Assembly (NCBI GenBank): GCA_007130885.1
Contig: SLRQ01000042.1
Span: forward strand, 1,232 to 65,231
DNA: 64,000 nt
Source: Deltaproteobacteria bacterium
GTDB taxonomy: Bacteria > Myxococcota > Myxococcia > SLRQ01
Reading direction: 5' to 3'
Shown here: positions 57,980-64,000 of the stretch, in pieces
Position numbering within the stretch: position 1 is the stretch's first letter
Layout of the letters: the number at the start of each line of letters is the position of its first letter
Translations under genes and position numbers: made by a program
The notes under the pieces: generated by a model
What the model was told of the DNA's origin: nothing
Databases searched by the model: none
The model's input: only the letters and a program-made list of their open reading frames with translations

Positions 57980-60043
57980 TCAGCATTCCGGCTGGCTCGA
58001 CCCGCACTGGCCGCGGTCGTCGCAGTACTTCATGACATCGGTCTCCGCGCAGTCGGGGTCATCCGGATCGCACAGGGTGCAAGGCTCGCCGCACTTCTTC
58101 CCCTCGCAAGGATCGTAGACCTCCTCGTCTTCCGCATCGCAGATCGGCACCTCCGGGCGGCAAGCGCCGTTTATGTCGCAGTACTTCATAACGGCCGTCT
58201 CGTTGCAGTCGAGATCGTCGGGATCGCAGACCGTGCACGCATCGCCGCAGCTCTTGCCGCCGCAAGGATCGTACTCCGGCTCCTCCTCGCTATCGCAGGC
58301 GGGGTAGCCGGCGGTGCACTCCCCGTCGGCGTTGCAGTGCTTGATCACCGTCGTCTCGACGCAGTCGGGATCATTGGGATTGCAGACCGTGCATTTCTCG
58401 CCGCAGCTCTTGGCGGCGCAGGGATTCCACTCCTCGCAGACACCGCCGGCGCAATCCGTGGTGCACATCCATACTCCGCTCTCCTCGTCACAACCGCAGG
58501 CCGAAGGAAGGCAGATGTCGGGGTCTTGTACGCAGACCTCTCCTTCGTCGCAGTCGAGATCGTCCAGGCAGCCCGCCGGGTTTGGACCATCGCATCCGGG
58601 CTCGTCCGTCTCGTCCTTGCAGTATCCCTCGTAGTCTATGCTCACTCCCTCTAGAGCGGCGCGGCAGGAGTTGGTGTAGGTCCGGCCGTCGCAGCCGCAA
58701 ACCGGCTCGTAGGTGCGCGGGCAATCCTCACCCGCGGGTCTAGGTCGGCATTGCCCCCTGCCTTCGCAGTCGCCGTCCGCCTTTTCGCAATACTCTGATC
58801 TGTCGCAGTCGTCGTTTTCGAAACAGGCGTCCGCTTCATCGAGACACACTCCCTCGTAGTCGACGTTGACGCCTTCGACGTAGGCAAAGCAGGCGTTGCT
58901 GTAAGTTTGTCCGTCGCAGCCGCATACGGGATCGTAGACATGCGGGCAGTATCCGTCTTGCGGCATCTTCTTGCACCGGCCCTCGCCGTCGCAGTCGCCG
59001 GCCGGCTTGGCGCAGTACTCGCCGTCGGCACAATCTTGATTGTGCGTGCAGGTATCGGTCGGGTCCTTCACGCAGTCTCCTCCGCCGCAGTCGGTGGTGC
59101 AGACCCATGAACCCGTCGTCTCGTCACAGCCGCAGACCGACGGATGGCAGGTGTCCGGATCCTGCACGCAAACCTCGTCGTCGCCGCAGTCCGCGTCGGA
59201 GAGGCAGCCGGCCGGGTTGGGTCCCTCGCAACCGTGCTCCTCTTCTGCTCCGAGCACGCATATCCCGCCGCCGCAGTCAGCGGTGCACAGCCACTGGCCG
59301 CTCTCCGCGTCGCAGGAGCAGGCGGAGGGGAGGCAGGTTTCGGGATCATTCACGCAGACCTCGCCTGCATGACAGTCGTCGTCGGCGATGCAGCCGGCGG
59401 GGTTCTCTCCCTTGCACGAGAGGACTTCGACCTCGCAGTCGGGCTCACTGGAGCTGCATACGCCGTCCATGTCGCAGTACTTGATGACGTCGGTCTCTAT
59501 GCAGTCCGGGTCGGCCGGGTCACAAAGAGTACACTCTTCGCCGCACTCTTTTCCTTCACACGGATCGTACTTTGGAGTGTCGACCGGAAAACGAAATCCC
59601 CCGTATCGCGAAAAACTGGAGATCTCCGCGACGAGAGCTTCTTCCGCCGCGTCAAGGCGAGAGCCCATCAGCTCAACGGGCTCACCGTCCATCATTTTCG
59701 CGATTGCTATCCGTTCGTTCTCTTCCGCTGGGCCCGCGCCTATCCACAGGGTTACAGGCTCCTCGAACACGATGTCGCTCGGCCCCAGCTCATACAGCTC
59801 GGTCACCATCGAGTCGAGCCCATGACCTCTTATGATCTCGATGGTAATCTCCACGGGCTCCTCCACAGCGCCCGCGGGGACCTCGACCATGGTGTTGCCA
59901 TCGGGGCTTAGCGCCTGGCCACCTTCCTCCGTGATCTTGGTCGTGGTTCGCTCGGGTAGATGATGCTCCACGCCGCAACCGCTCGAAGCGAGCAGGAGCA
60001 GGCCCAACGCAGCCAAGGATGTCATAGCATTCGCGAATCTCAT
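57980..60043 (-). CDS. Cys-rich lipoprotein with ZU5-like N-terminal domain and two Kazal-type domains
   Basis: Lipobox SSG-C; EGG...VPAGAV...YELGPS..F.EPV (ZU5-like); [20 protein letters not shown] and [20 protein letters not shown] (Kazal); four DPCxxKxCGxxCTxC repeats; three NPAGC repeats. Confidence 0.85.
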   Translation of the reverse strand: MRFANAMTSLAALGLLLLASSGCGVEHHLPERTTTKITEEGGQALSPDGNTMVEVPAGAVEEPVEITIEIIRGHGLDSMVTELYELGPSDIVFEEPVTLWIGAGPAEENERIAIAKMMDGEPVELMGSRLDAAEEALVAEISSFSRYGGFRFPVDTPKYDPCEGKECGEECTLCDPADPDCIETDVIKYCDMDGVCSSSEPDCEVEVLSCKGENPAGCIADDDCHAGEVCVNDPETCLPSACSCDAESGQWLCTADCGGGICVLGAEEEHGCEGPNPAGCLSDADCGDDEVCVQDPDTCHPSVCGCDETTGSWVCTTDCGGGDCVKDPTDTCTHNQDCADGEYCAKPAGDCDGEGRCKKMPQDGYCPHVYDPVCGCDGQTYSNACFAYVEGVNVDYEGVCLDEADACFENDDCDRSEYCEKADGDCEGRGQCRPRPAGEDCPRTYEPVCGCDGRTYTNSCRAALEGVSIDYEGYCKDETDEPGCDGPNPAGCLDDLDCDEGEVCVQDPDICLPSACGCDEESGVWMCTTDCAGGVCEEWNPCAAKSCGEKCTVCNPNDPDCVETTVIKHCNADGECTAGYPACDSEEEPEYDPCGGKSCGDACTVCDPDDLDCNETAVMKYCDINGACRPEVPICDAEDEEVYDPCEGKKCGEPCTLCDPDDPDCAETDVMKYCDDRGQCGSSQPEC

Positions 60044-60140
60044 GTTTCCCTCCAGGTTCGTCGTTTCAGCTTCGATTTCGGCGTCATCTTGAGTGTGAGT
60101 TGCCGGCGGCCGAGCCGACCTTCAAAATAAACCGTCGTGA

Positions 60141-61727
60141 TCATCTTTGCCCCCCGCTCAATCGGGCCTTGCGTAGTATGGCCCGGGCCGCGTCCTTCAA
60201 CTCATCCGGGGCCGAGCCATCGATAACCATGACCGCAAGGCTCGCCGCGCGGCTGGGATCCGTGCCGAGCAGGGCGTCCGCGGTGGCCAGCCGTAAATGG
60301 TCTATTTCGTAAGTAGACTGCTCGGGATCCACCGTGTCAAGGGCGTCCGCGGCTTCGATGGGCCTGGCGGCTTCTAGATGGACCCTTGCGGCCATTGCGG
60401 CTCGTTCCGGACCCAAGACGCCGGTACCTACCCGCTCGTGGGTCTCTTCGATAATCGAAAGCGCCTTGGAGCCTTTGCCGGCGTCGATATGAATCAGGGC
60501 CAGTTGCATGAGAGCTTCTTCGGCGAAGCCGGCGCCCTCTGTGTGGTCCGCGACACGCTGGTACAACGACGCTGCTTCCAAGGGGGCCCCGCTGCGCCTC
60601 TTGGCGTCAGCCAGAATTGCAAGTGCGGTCACCTCGTCTCGTGGCGCTAGTGGCTCATCAAGAATGCTCGTTACTATCCGGGCCGCCAGGTCGGGATCCG
60701 TATCGACCGCTGCTCTGGCTTCCTCGAGAGCTGCTGCCTCGGTGAGTCTTTCGTCAGGAGATGGGGGCTCGCTGCTCTTTGGGTGAACCGTATGGGGCTT
60801 CACTGTCTCGGTCGTATGAGCCGGCCGGTGAATCTCCGGTGGGTCGACGGCTGCTTCCTCTTGTGGATCCTGCTCGAGCGGCAGTACCACGCTCTCCCCA
60901 GCTCCTAGAGTAAGAGCGGGCGCAAAGGCGGGATGGACGCGCACTTTACCGGAAACCACACGGACCTTGGTGGTCTCCGGCTCCGCTAGCACCTCGAATC
61001 GTGTTCCCATCACCTCCGCTCGGCCGTGCTTTGTCCTAACGGCGAAAAGGGCATCCGTCGCATCGGAAGAAGCCACTGCGCGCACCAGTCCATGGTCGAG
61101 CTCCAGCACCTCGAAGCCTTCATCATCGAGACTTACGCGAAGCCTCGTTCCCTTGTCGGCCTCCACGTCGGCAGCCCGAAGGTCCAGGCGAGATGCCTCG
61201 GTGACGTCGATGGTCTCTTCCGGTAGTCCCGCACCCTTCTCGAGCCGGCGGGTATCGGACACTACAATAGCAATTCCTTCGCCCAGCCTCGGCCGCTCCG
61301 CCAAAAGAAGCAACGCGTCCTGCTCGGCACTCGTAGTCTCGGAGGCTAACCTGGCGGCATCGACTCCGGTATCGGATGCGGTGGTCTCGTCTCTGATCTG
61401 GGATACCACGAGAAAGAGGGCGACCGCCGCGGCCGCGCCGGCTAGCCCTCCGGCCACCCATCGCGCGCCGATGCGTTGTCTAGAAGCCGCTGCTCCGCTC
61501 ACATTTCGAAGAACCCGCTGACGCACGCCGAGCGGAGGTGGTCCAGGGTCGTGTTCCGAGAGCACGTCGCGCGCATTCTCCAGAGCCGAGATCGCTCTCT
61601 CGCAGACGGGACATCGAACGGTGCTCTCAAAGCTGTGGCCCCGGGTTAGGAGGACGTCGCTCTCGACCGCTCGGTTCGGTCTTGCGGAACGTAGAAATCC
61701 ATCGATGTGCTTGCAGGAAGTGCTCAT
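60141..61727 (-). CDS. FecR-domain anti-sigma factor with C-terminal TPR-like region
   Basis: N-terminal H...CPVC, single TM, FecR motifs (AEVMGTRFEV, VRVVSGKVRV), helical C-terminus; ATGA overlap with the sigma gene. Confidence 0.82.
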   Translation of the reverse strand: MSTSCKHIDGFLRSARPNRAVESDVLLTRGHSFESTVRCPVCERAISALENARDVLSEHDPGPPPLGVRQRVLRNVSGAAASRQRIGARWVAGGLAGAAAAVALFLVVSQIRDETTASDTGVDAARLASETTSAEQDALLLLAERPRLGEGIAIVVSDTRRLEKGAGLPEETIDVTEASRLDLRAADVEADKGTRLRVSLDDEGFEVLELDHGLVRAVASSDATDALFAVRTKHGRAEVMGTRFEVLAEPETTKVRVVSGKVRVHPAFAPALTLGAGESVVLPLEQDPQEEAAVDPPEIHRPAHTTETVKPHTVHPKSSEPPSPDERLTEAAALEEARAAVDTDPDLAARIVTSILDEPLAPRDEVTALAILADAKRRSGAPLEAASLYQRVADHTEGAGFAEEALMQLALIHIDAGKGSKALSIIEETHERVGTGVLGPERAAMAARVHLEAARPIEAADALDTVDPEQSTYEIDHLRLATADALLGTDPSRAASLAVMVIDGSAPDELKDAARAILRKARLSGGQR

Positions 61728-62332
61728 GACTCCGACTCCTGGCGGTCCAGCTCCCGGAGGAGCTCGCGCCGCGCGTGGTAGAGCCTCGTCCAAACGGTCG
61801 CCTCCGGAATCCGCAATCCCTCGGCGACGTCCGCTCCACTCATTCCTTCTATCTCATGAAGGAGATAGACCATCCTCTTCTTTACGCTCATCCTTGCAAG
61901 GCAGGCCCAGACCCGTTGCAATTCCCGCCGCTGGGCCACGCGCTCGTCCAGGTCGCCTGGAATTGAGCGCGGCAGAGGTTCTCGTGTCAGTGCCTCCAGC
62001 AAGCGGCGCCTTCTGCGCCAGCCGCGCGTTTGGGTCATGACGGTCCTTGCGGCTATTCCGCAGAGCCAGGTAGAAGGCTTCGCGTCACCCCGGTAGCGTT
62101 TCAATGCCTTGTGCGCGGTCAGGAAGACCTGCTGGGTTAGATCCTCGATGTCGGCCTGCTCGGCGCGGGGGCCCAGCAAGCGGCCCACCAGACGGTAGAC
62201 GTCGTCAAAATGGTCCCGAAAGAGGGACTCCAGCGTGAGATCCTGCTCTTGCGGGTCTTTGGCTTCAACACGCACGGGCGCGGCCGCGGCCGGTTGGGCT
62301 CCGGCCATGTTGACCCGGGTGGGCCCCGTCAT
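61724..62332 (-). CDS. ECF RNA polymerase sigma factor
   Basis: DIEDLTQQVF, STWLCGIA (region 2), LHEIEGMSGADVA...TVWTRLYHAR (region 4). Start chosen by RBS. Confidence 0.92.
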   Translation of the reverse strand: MTGPTRVNMAGAQPAAAAPVRVEAKDPQEQDLTLESLFRDHFDDVYRLVGRLLGPRAEQADIEDLTQQVFLTAHKALKRYRGDAKPSTWLCGIAARTVMTQTRGWRRRRRLLEALTREPLPRSIPGDLDERVAQRRELQRVWACLARMSVKKRMVYLLHEIEGMSGADVAEGLRIPEATVWTRLYHARRELLRELDRQESES

Positions 62333-62385
62333 TTGTAAAAGAGCCTCCATCCTGAAAGCTGGGTTGCCGCCACCTCGGTTTTCCT

Positions 62386-63456
62386 TCAATAAACCAGCCG
62401 GCCGACTCCTACTCCGGCCCAAGGCGTTATCCAGCCGCTCTCGAGCGGGTCATCCCGATCCTTCCATGCCGGCGGAAGCCTTAGTCGGTGCGTCCCCGCG
62501 CGAAGGAGGGCGCCGGACTCGATTCGTAAGAAGGAGCCGCCGTGAATCTCGAACTGCATGGTGGCGCCTACTATGCCGAGGGCACCGCCGAACGAGAACC
62601 TCTCGGTTGCCACCTCTCCTTCGAACACACTGGGAGAGGCGTCAAGGAACATCCAGCCAATGCCCCCGCCTGCAAGCACGTCGAGACTCGTGCGGGGGGA
62701 AGATAGAAGACGTAAGCTGGCCTGGCCGAGCAGCATCGTCTCCTTCGAGTCGGCTTCCATGGCGGAGGTCGAAAGCCCACAGCAGAACACACCCGGGAGG
62801 GCGACCCTTCCCCCAAGGCGAAGCTCCGTCCAAAACGGCAGGCTTGTTTCCATGCGTAGCGCGGGGCCCAGGAGAAGAGAGCGAGGGCGCCGCCAACCGG
62901 CGGCTAGGACGGATGCCTCCAAGCCGAGCCATCGCGGTTCGGGCTCTCCGGTGACCAGCGGCTCGTCGGTTTCCGCAAGCTCGGCATGCGCCACCGCCAC
63001 GGCATCCGGGCTTGCCTCCTCCTCTCTTTCGGTCTCGGATATTCGAGCCGCCTCTCGGGCAAAGTAGTCAACCTCCGGGATGGGCGGCTCCTCCTCTAGG
63101 ATTTGGATCGCTCGTCTCGCGAGAAGAACGACTGTGCGGACCGCGGGCACCAAACCTTCGTCCAGAGGAACGATCCGCTCGAGCAGGATGCGCCCGTCCT
63201 GGTCGGTGAGGACAGCCCGGAGCCCGCCCGTCGCCACAGTGACCTTGATGAGAAGCGAGGCGCCCTGCTCATCTTTCATGGAGTTGGGCATCTCCGCTTC
63301 GAGCGCTTCGCGCAGCTTTCGCTCATGAGATTCGGCTTGGAGGGAAATACCAAGAGCTGCCGCGTGCTCGGAATCCTTGCCGGCGAGAGCCGGTGTGTGG
63401 ACTGCGAGAAAGAGAAGAGCCCCCAAGAGCCCGAGGATGGTCGTAAGGCTCCGCAC
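62386..63456 (-). CDS. Secreted protein with probable C-terminal outer-membrane beta-barrel
   Basis: Signal peptide ending ALA-G, amphipathic strands, terminal aromatic residue (WAGVGVGRLVY); same direction as the ECF/anti-sigma pair. Confidence 0.62.
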   Translation of the reverse strand: MRSLTTILGLLGALLFLAVHTPALAGKDSEHAAALGISLQAESHERKLREALEAEMPNSMKDEQGASLLIKVTVATGGLRAVLTDQDGRILLERIVPLDEGLVPAVRTVVLLARRAIQILEEEPPIPEVDYFAREAARISETEREEEASPDAVAVAHAELAETDEPLVTGEPEPRWLGLEASVLAAGWRRPRSLLLGPALRMETSLPFWTELRLGGRVALPGVFCCGLSTSAMEADSKETMLLGQASLRLLSSPRTSLDVLAGGGIGWMFLDASPSVFEGEVATERFSFGGALGIVGATMQFEIHGGSFLRIESGALLRAGTHRLRLPPAWKDRDDPLESGWITPWAGVGVGRLVY

Positions 63457-63629
63457 AACGCGAGTCTAACACCTTCTTTGCGGCGCAATGAAACCGCGGT
63501 TCGATGCGGCAGGCGCCAGGGTGGCGATTTTGTGGCCGCCTGAAGTAGATTGTTAGCTCTCGTGTTAGGCCGTATCGGCTCAAAGTCTTCACAGTGAGTT
63601 CGGTCTTTTTCCAATTCGCCCCCGGAGGA

Positions 63630-64000
63630 ATGATGTTCAGACCCATAGTCGTGGCAGCCGTTGCTTTCTTGCTTTCGACCGGTTGCGCCCCGCGCCTCGT
63701 CATCTCGAGCATGCAGCCGGGCAACATCAACGTGGGCTCGGTGGAGAGAGTGAAGATTATCGATGGGCAAGGGCGAAGGAGCGCCAGGGAGTTTTTGAAC
63801 CATGAAGCCGCAAGCCAGCTTCGTTCGGGCGGATACTTCTCGGTCTTGGACATCAGTGAGAGCGGGGCTCATCTCCAAATCAGCGGCAGAACGGCTAGTC
63901 TCGAAGGGCATGAGCTCTCATCAGGCGAGGCCGTGATTCGGTTCGATGTTTACGAATGGACCGGCGATACCGAAACCAGAAAAGAGGTCGAGGAAGACAG
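63630..64000 (+). CDS. Hypothetical lipoprotein (partial, runs off window end)
   Basis: Not in the ORF track. GGAGG RBS, then MMFRPIVVAAVAFLLSTG-CAPRL..., open to the window end. Confidence 0.72.
   Translation, partial: MMFRPIVVAAVAFLLSTGCAPRLVISSMQPGNINVGSVERVKIIDGQGRRSAREFLNHEAASQLRSGGYFSVLDISESGAHLQISGRTASLEGHELSSGEAVIRFDVYEWTGDTETRKEVEED

Noticed and set aside
1-64000. tRNA, rRNA, tmRNA, RNase P, SRP, IS elements, integrases, prophage or defence genes
   Set aside because: No signature sequences or motifs noticed by eye; a tRNAscan/Rfam/DefenseFinder run would be needed to exclude them formally.

Overview
Gene-dense, GC-rich bacterial DNA, most likely from a member of Myxococcota (CarD/CarG pair, MYXO-CTERM tail, MXAN_5187-type and TIGR02266/PilZ-type proteins, many Cys-rich lipoproteins). 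The left ~24 kb is an anaerobic energy-metabolism block. An hdrCBA-flxDCB(A) operon on the minus strand is divergent from rex, which is preceded by two tandem Rex-like boxes. After rex come a trimeric group A3 [FeFe]-hydrogenase whose NuoF-like subunit is fused to a GltD/NfnB-like NADP(H) module, a receiver protein, a sensory [FeFe]-hydrogenase-histidine kinase fusion, a hybrid kinase, hydG and hydF (no hydE), and a CoA-transferase-GNAT / ADP-forming acyl-CoA synthetase / DRTGG triad. The remaining ~40 kb is myxobacterial envelope and housekeeping DNA: PBP1A, Pal-CpoB, a beta-barrel-fused SppA, a J-like/TPR protein, carD-carG, an MCP, an ABC exporter, a repeat-stalked alpha/beta hydrolase, mltG, an orphan T3SS-like substrate/chaperone pair, rpsO-pnp, and an ECF/FecR module with a Kazal lipoprotein. 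An unannotated structured intergenic element (~33845-33995) is a candidate ncRNA. I saw no rRNA, tRNA, CRISPR array or mobile element. All calls come from reading motifs by eye; no searches were run.
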